Source: Protoeuglena noctilucae
Taxonomy: Eukaryota
Reading direction: 5' to 3'
Assembly (NCBI GenBank): GCA_958009085.1
Contig: OY253681.1
Location: forward strand, 558,001-622,000
Length of the DNA: 64,000 bases
The notes beneath the pieces were generated by a model. That model saw only the letters and a program-made list of their open reading frames with translations, did no database searches and had not been told where the DNA came from. Made by a program: the position numbers and the translations under genes. Positions 13,571 through 26,600 of the stretch are shown here, in pieces. Positions within the stretch are counted from its first letter, which is position 1. Each line of letters opens with the position of its first letter.

Positions 13571-13744
13571 GACGACCGCGCCGTCAACAGGCTGAAGTAG
13601 ATGGGGTATAACGACGCCGCCCTGGCAACCCAGGCCGAGGTGGACCGCATCTTCGACGACATGACCAATAAGGCCGCCACGCCCCGGAACCTCGATGCCC
13701 TCCTCGTCAACCTCAAGAACTCCTCCGACGCCGACGACGAGTGA
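13571..13744 (+). pseudogene. Short coding-like fragment with in-frame TAG, weakly UBA-like
   Basis: DDRAVNRLK*MGYNDAALATQAEVDRIFDDMTNKAATPRNLDALLVNLKNSSDADDE*; strong GC3 codon bias; TAG at 13598-13600 interrupts a V.RL..MG[FY] pattern. Confidence 0.3.
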
Positions 13745-14128
13745 GAGGCTGTATGCCACAGTCTGCCAACCGCAAGCGCTGCACGCCTGCTGCAAGTCTG
13801 CTGCTAATCTGTCATAGACGCAATTGAACGAGTGATCGCTGACACCCGTCGGAAACCATCCTCAGAGCTTAAGCCGGGGGCCAGGGCCCCCCGGTCCTGA
13901 TCATGAAACACGGCTCCTCAGGCTCTGGCAGGGAAGCCAGCCTGGAAGTTTCACGTACCAGTATAACCAGGTCACCCAGCAAGCGCTTTTTCGGAGTGAC
14001 TTGCTGTAAGACGTTGCCGCCGTGGCGTCCGCTGCGTGTCCCCGGCGCTCCGCTGGCCAGCGTCAGGCACTTTCTGTCTTGCCCCGGCCGGGTGCGACAG
14101 CCTGAAGAGCGAGACAGCCCCAACGCCC

Positions 14129-15884
14129 ATGGAGCAGAATGTTTGGACTACGCAAGTCACGAAAATACAATGTGGACCGCGGAGGACTGCGCTAACGCTA
14201 GGGCTGGCAGTGTGCGCCCTCTGCATGCTCGCAACTGTGGCGACGGCCGCCCGAGGATCCTCGAGCAAGCCCGTGGAGCAGCCTCTCATCGGATGGCAGG
14301 TGAACGCATGTGGCTTTGGCGCCTTGTGCAACAGAGGCTTCAGACGGGCAGGCCTCGAGCCGGACACTTGTCCCATGGACTGCACTCGCATCCCTCTGTC
14401 TCGGGCCCGAAATCAATGTCTGCGCCTGCCATCGACTCGTCTCTGCAGGGCGAGCAGTATCCCAGCGATCACAAGGGCCCGGGGCCGGCAGGGCTGCCAA
14501 GCGACGCGTGGCTCGAAGTCATCAGCTGGGAGCCCCGGATTTTCGTGTATCACAACTTCCTCTCGGAGGAGGAGTGCGACGAATTGGTGGCGAAGGTGCA
14601 TGTGATGGGGTGCGACATCGTGCTGACGCTCACCGGGGCCTGCTCATGTGCACAGCCACCCTCCCGACGTGCTTCCTCGAGCGCAGGCCAAGCCGCGGCT
14701 GGCTCGGTCCGGGGTGGTGGACAATGACAGCGGGGGTTCTAAGATTGACTCGGTGCGGACCTCTAGTGGGATGTTTTTTGCTCGCGGCGAGAACGAGGTG
14801 CTGCAGGCGATCGAGCAGCGCCTCGCGGAGTGGTCGCTCATACCCGTCGAATATGGCGAGGGCATCCAGGTGCAAGCCAGTGTACGATGCGTCCAGCCAC
14901 GTGGCGTTTGTGCAGACGGTGTTCCACGCCTGGGTGGTGCCCTTCGCAGGTCCTCGAGTACGAGATTGGTCAGGAGTACAAACCGCACTTTGACTACTTC
15001 TTCCACAAGGAGGGCTCCGACAACGGTGATCCTCGAATGCGGCGGCGCCCTGCCTTGCCTGGCTGCAGCGCTCCCACGGCACTTCCTCCGCCCTACGCAG
15101 GCGGCAATCGCATGGCTACGGTTCTCATGTATCTGGAGACGCCAGATGAGGGTGGAGAGACGGTTTTTCCCAACGTCCCCTTCAAGGGGCCAGCGGACCC
15201 GACGTGAGCAGCCCAGGAACTGAGGGGCGACGCCGACATGAGGCTTGGAAACGCTCAGCGCAGTGTCGGATCCTTCTCCCCACAGGGTCAGCGAGTGCGC
15301 GAAGGGCAAGGTCGCTGTCAAGGCGCGGAAGCGTGACGCGGTGCTCTTCTTCAGCCTCAAGACCACGGGCGAGCTGGACAACGGCAGCAACCATGGCAGC
15401 TGCCCGGTGTTAAAAGGCACCAAGGTGCGGCAGCCAGCGCTTGGCGCAGAGCCCAGGAACTTAAAACGGGTGCACTTTGCTGCGGCCAGCACGTCCATGC
15501 CATCTCACTCTGCTCTTGCAGTGGGCTGCCACGAAATGGATGCACATTGGGAGGTACGCGGTCGCGGGGGAGAAGCCGGTGCGCTTGGAGGCGGTCAAGT
15601 TCAAGGAGAGCAAGGGGCCCAAGGTCCCGGGGTGCGAAGACCAGCACGACTCGTGCGACGGGTGGGCCGAGGCGGGGGAGTGCGACAAGGTGAGATGGGC
15701 CACAGGGTGGGACGCCGGCAGCTCACACCGGCTCCTTGCCCACGTTCCAATAGCTGCGTCGAACCGCGCGCCCATGCAGAACCCTGCCTACATGGTGGGA
15801 GACGCGAGCCGCCCGGGCGCATGCCTTGTGTCGTGCGGGAGGTGCGACGTTTATCAGGCGGCCAAGTCCAAAGGAACGGCATAG
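14129..15884 (+). CDS. P4H: Prolyl 4-hydroxylase with C-terminal ShKT domain
   Basis: VISWEPRIFVYHNFLSEEEC, VRTSSGMF, GEGIQVLEY..GQEYKPHFDYF, GNRMATVLMYL...EGGETVFP, HGSCPVLKGTKWAATKW; C-terminal CEDQHDSCDGWAEAGEC..NPAYM....CLVSCGRC; N-terminal signal anchor. Confidence 0.95.
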
Positions 15885-15977
15885 GAGAAACACGATAGAT
15901 GTAAACATCGAGATGTTAGACAGCGCGTCGCCGCTAAGCGTTGGGCGCAGCGAGGCCTTGAGGGCATGCGCCACCGC

Positions 15978-18900
15978 TCAGCTTAGGTCGAATCCCGCCC
16001 CACTTCTGATGGCGTAGAGGAGCTTGTCCCGCATGATGGCAGTCGAGGGGTAGGGGGGCAGCTTCAGGAGGTTCATGCACGTGGCCGCCGTCGGGAGGCG
16101 GTGGACGGCGTCGCGGTCGCCCACGTGCCCGGCCATCTGGATGCCCATGCGCGGCTCCAAGTACCCGAATCCCAGCAGCGGCGGGCGGGAGCAGCTGGTG
16201 ACGAACTTGAGCAGCAGGCCCTGCTCGTGGGGCGTGAAGGAGGACAGCGCTTCCCAGAAGTTGTGGATGATGGGGTGGTCGTCCGCGTACCCCGCCCCAT
16301 AGACCACTGCGGCGGGGGAGGCACGGGACATGACTCACTCGCACCGGCCTCGTCTCTGCCCGCCATTTCACGCTCTGTCTCTTCACTCACCGTGCCTGCG
16401 GAGGTCCTCCACGGCCCACCCGCCGTCCGTCTCGACGCCGCTGATGAGCATCTGGATCTCTTGCCCCGCGAACATTGAGATCCACCGCGAGTCGATGACC
16501 TCGAAGAAGCCCCCCAGCAGCGCCTCGCACTCCCTGCGGCACTGCACGTTGAGCTTCCAGTGCGCCATCAGGTGGACGTACCGCACGACGTTGTCGTTCG
16601 TCACGGGCACCTCGCGCCCGTTCGGCACGAGGTCCACGACGCGCTTCTCGCCCTGGGCGTCCACCTCGACGCTGAACGTCAGGCTCAGCTCCTCCACGTC
16701 CCCCGTCAGGCGGTACTCTTGCAGGAAGGCCAGGTTGCGGTGCAGCTCCGGGTCGAGCGACGGGAGGTCCTCCAGGTCGCACACCTCACCCCTGCGGCAA
16801 AGCCCACAAGCCATGCGAGGCGCCAACAGGCACGGGCAAAGCAGCACAAAGGGCCAGCAAGCCGAGCGCAGTCGCGTGGCGGCTGCCCCCGCCCCCGCCC
16901 CTCACCGGAATTTCTTAAGCAGGAACCCGGCTAGCGGCAGCTCCATGAGGATGCCCTCGTACACGGCCTTCCCCAGCATGCGACCGAGGAAGGACAGCAG
17001 CCGGAAGTGGTTCCCCGGCTCCCAGCCGCTCGACCCCGAGAAGGCCGGGTACACGCGGTGGTCGGCGGTGGAGGAGAAGAGGCCCGCGTCCGGCTGCAGC
17101 GCGGCCTTCATGAGGCCTTCCAGGAAGTCCTTGAACAGCCCGCCCCCGTCCACGCCCGCCTCCTCCAGCCCGTGCTGGTCCACAAACATCACGCGGAGCT
17201 GGCGCTTGAGGCCCTCCCCCGAGAGGTTGAGACCCGCGAAAGCATCCGCGATCAGGTGGTCCCGACGCACCCGCACGAACCGCCCGTCGCCCATGGGCCC
17301 CGCCCACCCGCGCCGGTGGCGCTCTCGGTCGTGCCGCACCACCTCGCTGAAGGCCAGCGCGCGCTCCATGAACGCGACCAGGTACGGCGCCACCCTCAGG
17401 AGCTTCCACACCCGGCCGCCCCCCGCGCCATGCCGGGGCACGCCGCGCCCGTCCAGCGCCGAGCCCCCGGCCTCTGCCGACCGCGGCATGCCCGCCCATC
17501 GCCCCTGCTGGACCCCCTCTGCGGCCGCAACCAGGGGCGTCCAAGCCAGCGACGCGTCCCCCGCGAGGCCCTGCCCCGACGGCCCCACCCCCTCGTCGTC
17601 CGAATCGTCGTAGCTGTCGGCGTTGGCGATGGCCACTGCGTCACGCACCAGCGCCTCCCCAGGGATCTGCCCCGTGTGGAACGCCGCCTGGGGCGCGAGC
17701 GGCTCGCGCAGGTGCCGCGAGTAGAGCTGCGCGTACAGCCGGCCGCAGGCGCCCTGCGCAGCCGCCCGGAGGCACTGCGGGGCGCCCTCGACGCCCGTCG
17801 ACGGCGCAGACGGCTCGGACCACAGGAGCCGCGTCAGGGCGTCTCTCAGCATGGGCACCAGCCCCCGCTGCGCCCGGAGCCCCTCCCTGCCCGGCATCTC
17901 CGAGAAGAGGTCGGCGGGGGCCAGGGGCTTGCCACGCACGCGCAGGTCCTGCTCGCTGCACACGATGAGGCCGATGCTGAAGACGTGCGAGAGGAGCGTG
18001 AGCGGGAGCAGGTCCCCGGGGTCGCCCCGCGCACGAGCGAGGGGTTGCGCTGCGGCCTCGTGCCAGGCGGAGGGGTGGCACTGGCAAGGGCGCAGGTAGT
18101 GCCCCCACAGCGCAGGGACAAGGTTGGTAGAGAAGGCCAGCGTGCGGAGCACGTTCCCACGCGCGGGGTCCTGCCGGGCCCATGCGAACAGCAGCGCCTG
18201 CAGGAAGGGGCGGGTAGAGCTTTCACACGATGTTCGCAAGGCAACACATTGATTACCGGCAACACCACACATTCGCCACTCGCCTCACACAAATGCTGCA
18301 CGGCCTGATGGTCGGCACGCGGCAGGTCCGAGCCCTCAGCGGCCAGGTCGGCGCACGTGGCCATCCACCCAGGCCACAGGCAGACCTGGATCAACGGCTT
18401 CAGCAGGCCGGGCTGGTCGAGGTCGGATATGGCGGCCCCCACGGCGCCCCCGTCATCGCCCGGCCCCTTCTGCAAAGCCGCCACCTCCAGCGTCACCAAC
18501 GCATTGCACAGCCTGGCGCCCGCACGGACGGACACGGCGACGAGCTCGCTGTGCGCTGCGCTGTCCTCCGCGAGGTCCATTGACGAGCGCGCCAGGGACC
18601 CCGTGCGCTGCACGACCCGGGCGCGGCGGCTCTGCAGGTCGCGAATAGACTCGGCCAGCCGAGCGTGCACGTGCGGCAAGGCCACGGCCGACAGCGCGAG
18701 CAGGTTGCGCAGCACGACCCGCGGCGTGCCACCATCAGCCCGCAGCGGCGCCGGGGACCCCAGAAGCGCCACCCACAGATCCACCGACGCCTCGGATCTC
18801 AAAGCGGGGCAGACGTCCAGCAGGCGAGGCACGCGCAAGAGGCCCATGAGGGATTCCACGGCGACCCCCCTCTCGGCTGCTGCGGGAGGGAGAACCTTGC

Positions 18901-20019
18901 ATGCCTCGACCAGGCCCGCCACCCACGCCACTGCGAGGCTCTCCAATGCCGTCCCCTGGCGCGCCTCGGCCTGGCTCTTCGCCCCCCCAACGCCATCAAC
19001 ACCCATTGCCAACCTCCGAAGGATGGCGCACAGATAGGCGAGGGCTGGGCGCCTCCGCGAGTCAAAAGGGCCCACCCAACTCTTGCAAGACCACAGCAAG
19101 ACGCTTGGTGCGAACCTGTCGTTCTCTGGTCGCCCAGACGCTCCAGCCACGATGTCCCGCGCGCACGTGACCGCCGCGCTGGCAGCCGCACGCACCTGCG
19201 GCGCGGGTATGGCATCCGTCAGCCGATGCTCGCACGAAAGCCTGCAAATCGCCCAGGCGCATTCAGCCAAGCAGCTCACGTCAGCAGGCGTAGGGACGCC
19301 ATCCACGCACATCCGCACGTCCGCGTGATCCACCGTCGCGTCCTCCGATGCAGAACCAGCGCTGGGTGTTGCCAGTAGGATGGTTGAACATGCATCGAGC
19401 TGTTCTTCGAGAAAAGAGAGCACGACCTTGAGCAACGCCGCTGTGCTCGCCACCTCCACGCCCCGCGCCGAGTACTCCGCCCATCCCTCGCACAATTGGC
19501 CGAGCTTGCGCACACAGTCGGCGTCCTTGGCGTCGAAGAAAAAGCACAGCTCCTTGACGCGTGTCCAAAAGTCCCCGTGCGTTGGCAGTCGCCATCGCAC
19601 CTGCAACTCCCTGCGTGCTCTGCGAGAAGCAGCCGCCGAGGACGGCAGGCGTGAGTCCACAGGCATCACGCGTACCTCGACGCCCATTACAACGATCGGG
19701 CCGGGGCTTGCGCGTCACCTTCGCAGGTCTCGCTGCGCTCGGAGCCAAGCCTGGATCTTCAGCGCGGCGTTTGCTGCGCGGAGGTCGCTCTGGCGCTTGG
19801 CCCGCTCCTGCGCAAATGCGATGCGTTCGTGTCTGCTCACGCCCACGCTGACCGTGGCCGCCTCCATCGGGAAAGCATGCGGAAATCGCGGTTTGCAAAG
19901 CGTCGACCTAATTCCCGATGTACCTGCTTGGCGCGTCGGAGAACATCCTCCCGCGACTCAATGGCACTCGCCCCCTTCAAGTTCACGCGCCTCTCCCTCT
20001 TCAATTGCCCTGAAAACAT
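15978..20019 (-). CDS. UPL6: HECT E3 ubiquitin ligase, UPL6/UBE3C type with N-terminal IQ motif
   Basis: N-terminal MFSGQLKRERRVNLKGAS, IQ-like AALKIQAWLR; HECT EAGVDGGGLFKDFL, FLGRMLGKAVYEGIL, LLKFVTSCSRPPLLGF, RLPTAATCMNLLKLPPY, GAGFDLS*. Confidence 0.92.
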
Positions 20020-20246
20020 TTCACACTCCTTGCGGCTCCAGTGTTGCGACCAAATCAATCATCAAAGCATCAGGTCGCTACCGAGGGCCCCTCAAGTGCG
20101 ATAGCAGGGACGGGGCGCCGTCCAGTGCGTAAGGACGCTTGTTAGGACCGCTACCTGAGTCGCCAGTCAGTCCGTCAGATCCCCGCCGCCAGGGTGAGGA
20201 GAGGGCCGAGCTCCGACGCTCTACCCTGCCTCCAATACCCGCGCCC

Positions 20247-21328
20247 TCAAGACAGCCCCGAGGCTTGCAGCTTGGCAGTCAGGGCAGCGATCTTCGAGTC
20301 CTTGAGGCGGACGAGGGTCTCAAGCTTCGACACCTGCGAGCAGACGTCCTGCAGCTCAGAGGAGACCAGGCGCGAGGAGATGCGCGGAAGACACCGTGGC
20401 GGCAGTGAAAACGCACCTTCGCCTCCAGGATGGCGCACGTCTCACGCAACTCGTCGACCTCGCGTGCGGAGCCACGCCCCACGGCGGCGGTGGTCCCCTG
20501 GCCAGCGTGCACGGACCCTGCCGAGCGAGCACCCCAGTCCCCCTGCGCCGCCGCGCCGTCGCTGGAGTGGGGCGCAGGTGGCACAGCCGAGGTCGGCGTC
20601 TCGCGCCGCGCTCCAGGGCTCGGGCCCACGTCGTTGGGGGTCCCCATGGGCGTGGCCGCCGACGAGTCCGTCTGGTCCAGGCCGGCCTTCGCGGCCTTGC
20701 GCGTCTGCATGCGGGTCGACGGCGACATAGTCGGGGAACTCGTCCCTGTGTCCCTCGACCACGCAACAGGCCCACGTGCCGCGTAGGCTTGCCTTGTACG
20801 TCGCCATCTTGACCTTGATGAGCTTCAGCACGCGCTCCACGGCCCCCTGGGTGCAGTTGGCCACGGACTCCATCTCGTGGCGTGGCAGGGAGAAGCCCAG
20901 GCGTTTGAACACCTTGGTGTTGAGCGTGTTCCAGTTGTACATCTTCTGTTGGACTGCGGGACGGGGTGGGGAACAACACGTCTTCCCACATACCAGGCTG
21001 CGTGGCGGGAACGAGCCAAGAGCAGCCACACGCGCCAGGCCACCAAGAGGCGCACCCGAGTTTGCGGGGGAGTAGTTGTGCAGCTCCACCAGGTTCGGGA
21101 AGTAATGCCGGATGACCTCCGCGCACAGCACGCCGTCGCTGAAGTCCCGTGCAATGTTACGCTGCAGAGCAGGGGACGGTGGGGCCTGAGCTTGCCTGCT
21201 TCTGCCCCACCCACGAACCACGCGCATTCCAGCTCCGCGACGAGGGCCATTCGCACCTTGGGTCTTGACAGAGGAATCTCGTCCACCCACGTGTAGAGCG
21301 CGTGGAGCTCCTCCTCCGCGATGTCCAT
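20247..21328 (-). CDS. SPEF1: Sperm flagellar protein 1 (CH domain + C-terminal coiled coil)
   Basis: LYTWVDEIPLSRPK-RNIARDFSDGVLCAEVIRHYFPNLVELHNYSPANS..KMYNWNTLNTKVFKRLG; C-terminal ELRETCAILEAK-VSKLETLVRLKDSKI. Confidence 0.92.
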
Positions 21329-22265
21329 GATTCCACCGTCCAGCCACTGCGGCAGAGGTATTGGAATGTGGGAATGAGCTCGCACGCGGGCTGGCTCCGA
21401 TCCCAGACCACGCGCAGCATACACGCCCTCGAGGTGACCAGGGAGTGGTCCGCCATGGCGCAGTCGCGAGACCTGGTGGCGCCGGGGCCCTGCGCCTTTG
21501 ATGGCATGCAAAAAGCGCGTAGCCCGCGCAGCGCCGCGGTCCGTCGAGTCCGCCGGCGCCAGCTCACGCGATATACTGAAACACGGGCGAGGTGAGCATG
21601 GACCGGAGCGGGATGAGGCGCGGGATCGCGCAGCAGGGGTTGAAGGACCGGTCGGGCCTCATTCCCCCCCACCCCGCCCCAGTGCAGTCGGCAAGCAGTG
21701 GCGCGGCGCGGGGGGAGTATCTCAAGTTCGATGAGACTTCGGGCTCGCAGAGCCTGATACAGCAAGCCGCGAAAACGCTCCCTCCATGCTGCTCACCACC
21801 GGCGCCGCGCGCACTTCGAGTCCTCCGTGCCTCCGAGCTGCGCTTTACCCACTTATGCTGTCTTTCGTGGTCGAGATTCCCCTCTGCGCCCTCACGCGCC
21901 CGCAGCGACCGCTCACAACGGTGGGCCAAAGCGATGTTCCAGGCCAGCCCCGCGCGATGCGACGATCCCGATTTGAATGTTCTCGCGGGGGCCGTCATCG
22001 GTCACGCCCCAACCGCCACCTGAACGACGTCAGGCGCAAGTGGGACTGACGGGGCATCTGCCGCGCGTGTCGAGACCCCCCCCAGCTCATGGCGACGTCA
22101 CTTCCTCGATATCTTGACGTGGCTTCGGACGACAGCAGTTCCAGCGGCACCCCTGCTCCCACGGCACGCTTGCTGTCGCGCCTTCCCCGCCTTCCTGGCC
22201 CTCATTCACGCCCTAGTCCCCTGCTTTGCCCACTTGCGGTGGGAAGCGCCGCGCGAGCGCGTGGG

Positions 22266-23309
22266 ATGGACCTGGCACATTCAACAGCGGAGGCAGGAGG
22301 CGGGGCCACCCCCGTGGCCTCCGCGAAGGACGTCTTTGGCTTCCAGGCGTCCGAGTTCGTCGCAGACCTCCGACTGGCCGGGTGTGCAGCGCATCCCGGT
22401 CGCCGCGAGCGCGAGCCGGCCACATTTCCGCGCGAGCGGGGGTACGACAATCGATCCTGGCGCTCTCACGCAGGAACGCGTGCCTCGGGGATGCCTACGA
22501 CGCTTTCGAAGCCTCGCTGGAGAAATGGGCAGGGACGCGCGGTACGTGGGGGCATCAGGGTCGCAGGCCTGGGCTCGTTGTGGTTCGTCTGTGAGGGGTG
22601 GCGTATGTGACGGATGGCGTGGCGTTCCCCCATCGCAGGCCACAAGGTTCCGGCCAAGCAAGTCGACGTGCTGTGGAAGGAGGCCCACACCCGCCTGCAG
22701 TACTTCATGGACCGGTTCGAGCTCTTTGCGCTGGGGACCGTCTTCCACGTCCCGGCCCAGTTAGTGGGGAAGCCTCGGTGAGCGGAGCCGCAGCAGTGAT
22801 TGTGGTGCCTCGCATCGTTGCTGTCGTGGGGGGAACCTGGGCGTCTCTCCCTTCGCAGCAGCGACGCGGAGGCATCGGGGCCGGATGAGGTGGCGGAGGA
22901 GGACGTGCAGGCGATGGAGGAGGAGCTGGAGCGAATCCGGTCGGATATTGTGGCCACGAGGGCGGCGGCGCGGCTGCTGAAACACGAGGTGCGTCGCCTG
23001 GAGTGGCTGGGGTGGGCCAGGTCCTGTCCGCCCACATGCCGTCCTTTTCGCTGCGCCCGCTACTGCCCCGGCGACGCGGCCGAGTAGCCGCTACCGCTAT
23101 GGACGCAGGTGGAGGCCTTGGAACGCGAGCTCGAGCTGACGAGGGACGCGCGGCCGTTGGCGGAGCTGGCGGAGCAAGGGGGCCAGGCGGGGGTGGAGGA
23201 GGAGGCCCGGGCGGTGCTGGACTTGGCGCGCCGCCTGGAGCAGCTGCTCACGGTCACGGAGGATCTGAGGGTGAGTGCTGGGCTACATGCAGCGCATTCT
23301 GCCGCGTGA
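22266..23309 (+). CDS. MIS12: Kinetochore protein Mis12-like
   Basis: VFGFQASEFVADL...GDAYDAFEASLEK...RLQYFMDRFELFALGTVFHVP followed by coiled coil (MEEELERIRSDI, EALERELEL). The 3' end is uncertain. Confidence 0.72.
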
Positions 23310-23336
23310 AGCAGGCTAAGAGCTTCTCTGTGTTGC

Positions 23337-23368
23337 TGCTAGGATAGGGGCATGCTAGGATAGGGGCA
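23337..23368. repeat. Perfect 16-nt tandem duplication (TGCTAGGATAGGGGCA x2)
   Basis: Directly visible at 23337-23352 and 23353-23368, at the 3' end of MIS12. Confidence 0.85.
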
Positions 23369-23654
23369 CTGCATGGCACGCCATGCCAATTAGCCTCTCC
23401 TCCCTGTTTCCTTCACAGTCTCAGGGATGGCCACCCACGACCGAGGCCCAGGAGGACGTCGTGGAGGCGGCGCGCCGGCGTGTGCGGCAGGTGGGCCTCC
23501 AGGCAGAGGATGCCTCCAAAGTAGTCGCGAGGAGCCGCCTGCCGCGCTAGCTTGCTCGGTGGCCAAACGACGGCGAGGCTGCCCATCCACTTGGGGGGGA
23601 GGGAGGCCGGCAATCAAAACCCACACATTGAACGACACGCATCCCATCGAAACG

Positions 23655-26600
23655 CTAATTGCCCGCAAGTCTCTTCGCGAAGTTGTCAAGGCTGAATTCG
23701 TCCTTGTACTTGTCGGCGTCCGCTCCCGCGCGCTCCAGCTCCGCCAGCGCCTCGGCCAGCGCGCTCTGCTTGGCCTTGCGCCGCCCCACCGACTCGGGGT
23801 CACTGAGCCCCAGCAGCGCGTCTGGCTCTGTGGGCAAGACAAGTCAAACAGATTCGGCACGCATGCCGCATCGAGGCCAGCAGCATCGCCAGCCCCCGGC
23901 CAACGACCAGCCCGCTGCGCGCCTTGCGCCCCCGACGGTGCGTCTCGCTTCCCATCGCCCTCAAAGAGATTGAGGAGCTGCGAGGTGTCCATGGACGACA
24001 GCGCCATGTTGTCGGCGTTGACGACCGCGTTCGCAACGTCGACCTTGAAGCGCTGTAGGGACATGATCTGCTCCTCCAGCGTCCCTTGGACCTGTGCATG
24101 ACGCATGGCATGCACGTCGCCAGGCACGGCACCGCACAGCAAAGCCTGGCACGGCACGGGCGCGAGCCACATCGCGGCAACTCACCAGGATGCGGTACAC
24201 GTTGACGGTGCGCCGCTGGCCCAAGCGGTGGGCGCGGTCCATGGCCTGCAGGTCCTTCATGGGGTTCCAATCGTGCTCCAGGAACACGACCGTGTCCGCC
24301 GACGTCAGGTTCAGGCCCAGGCCCCCCACGTGCGTCGTCAGGAGCATCTGCGTGGGTGGCAACCCGGGACCTCACAGCCCACACCCCAGTGGGCAGGCCA
24401 GGGCTGTGCCAAGCTCCCACGCACCACTGGCACGCTGGGGTCCTCGTTGAACTCCTTGACGACGCGGAAGCGCTGGGCAGCGTCGACGGAGCCGTCCAGC
24501 CGAACGCTCGGGACGCCCAGGGGCCGCAGCACGTCGGCCTCCACGAGGTCCAGCAGCGCACGGGACTGGGCAAAGACCAGGGCGCGGTGGCCACCCGCCT
24601 CGCTGCCCGCTACGGCCTGCGGGTAGATTTCGTAGAGCAATTTCGGCCCTGCATGTCCACCCAGGGCTGCGGGTCTCGCGGAGGTGCCAGCCATGTCCAA
24701 CGCCCCACCTCCTGCCCCTGCTCCTCCGAGGCCACCCCAATCCCGCAGTCCACCAGCAGCTCCTTGAGCGCCATGAGCTTGGGCGACTGCGCGACGTCGC
24801 GGAGGGCCGCTGCGACGGCCGTGGGGTCGCACGTCCCGAGCGCCTCTCTCGCGGCCTTGGCGTGGCCCGGGTCGGACAGATTGAGCGCGAGACCGGGGTG
24901 GCTGCAAACTTTCCGCATGACCTGGGGCGCAGCACAAGGGAGGGTGAGCTGCTTCACCCGAAATATGCACCGAAGATCACATGCCGCCGACCACCACGGG
25001 GGCCCAGTTATGGCCAGTCGTGGCATGCAGCCGGCGAACGACATTCTTCGGCTCTCACCTGGAGTGCCTGGAACACATGCGTCGTCTCCTTGCCCGATGC
25101 AGCTGAGCTCGACGGCCCCGGCTCCCCCCCTGCACCCCTGTCGCCCTCGTGCGCCCCACCCAGGCCCCTCGCCATGTCAAGCAGAGCCAGCTGCAGGGGC
25201 GTGGGGTCCACGAGGACGTCCTGGATGATCTTGGGAGGCAGGTCCTTGAGCACCTGGTCCTTGGTGCGCCGCAGAATGAACGGCATGACCTGCCTGTGAC
25301 GCAGGAGGGCCACGGGGGGATCACGGATGCGCTCGCATCCTCGCCGCATGAGTGCCTTTCGCCATGCGTTTCTCACTTATGCAGTTTGTCCAGCGCGAGG
25401 AGGCCCTCCTGTGCGTCCTTGACCCCCTTGCCCTGCCGCCGCGTCTCCTTCAGCGCCCTCCCGAACTTGGCGTTGAAGGCGCGCTGGGAGCCCAGGAAGC
25501 CGGGCATGAGGAAGTCGAAGATGCTCCAGAGCTCGAGGACGTCGTTCTGAATGGGGGTCCCCGACTGCAGAAAGGCTTGGACGCATCGAGCGTCAGGTGC
25601 TGCCGGGGGTCGGCAACGCCAGGTCGAGTCCATGCCCGTATGCCCGCACACGCACCAGCACCAGCCTGTGAGCCGCCACTAGGCGTTTGCAAGCCGCAGT
25701 CACGGCGCTCTTCGGGTTGCGGATGGCGTGGCCCTCGTCGAGGACGGCGTAGTCCCAGCTCCTGCTGGTGGCGACGGCCACATCCGCACGCAGGGACTCA
25801 TAGGACGTGACGGCGAGGTTGGGGGCGTTGGGGTTTGCCGAGAAGACCTGCGCAACGAGGATGTCAGTGATGGCGACGGGAGGTGCGGGGGAAGACGGGG
25901 TTAGGGCGCTGACCTTGCTGACCACGCACCTGGGCCCACAGACGCTGCCGTTCCACCCCGCTCCCCTGGATGGCGATGGGTCGGAGCACTCCCCCGGGGA
26001 TCCACCGGGACACCTCGTGAGCCCTGCGTGGCGCGTGAGGTGCAAGCATATGCGTGCCTCCAGCACTGGTCGCTAGTAATAGGCAGCCCTTGGCAAGCCC
26101 TGCCACGCGTGCCTGCGCCCCCAGACCACCTCAAGCCTCACCAGTGACCGACAAGAGTGGCCGGGCAGACGACCAGCGAGGGGAGGGGAGGCGGGGAGGT
26201 CCCGGGGTTGTCGCGCCATGCCTGGGCAGACTCGGCCGCACTGGAAGCCATGATGGCTGCGCTTTGGAGAGTCTTGCCCAGACCTGAGCGAAGGAGAACC
26301 GCAAACCTTCAAAGACCCGCGCAACATCCTCGGGAAAGCACTCCCTCCCTTCCCATGCAGCGAACAATGGCGGCCTCACCCATGTCGTCAGCGAGCACGC
26401 CGTGGAGATGGAAGTGCCGCAAGAAGGCCAGCCAGTTGATGCCATCCTGTTGGTAAGGCCGCAAATCCCCCGCAATCGCGACCGGCAACCTGCAGGACAC
26501 GCCAGCAGGCTGCATCACTCGGTGGCAACCCCCAGCCCTGCCATGCTCCCCTTCCAGCGCGCCCCGCACCGGTTGTCCTGAGCCTTGGAGTTGTCCAGCA

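Noticed and set aside
13598..13600. In-frame TAG suggesting TAR-to-Gln reassignment as in some ulvophytes
   Set aside because: Conserved genes here end at TAG (LPA1-like, P4H, PTPA, CEP131) and long exons lack internal TAR codons, so the code is standard.
13874..13901. GC hairpin followed by CTGA|T as a + strand Helitron end
   Set aside because: Spacing is only ~2 nt, the orientation is opposite to the helicase fragment, and such hairpins are common at this GC content.
21420..22050. Possible small spliced gene between SPEF1 and MIS12
   Set aside because: Splice-like signals occur on both strands but give no coherent or recognisable protein; more likely UTR/promoter.
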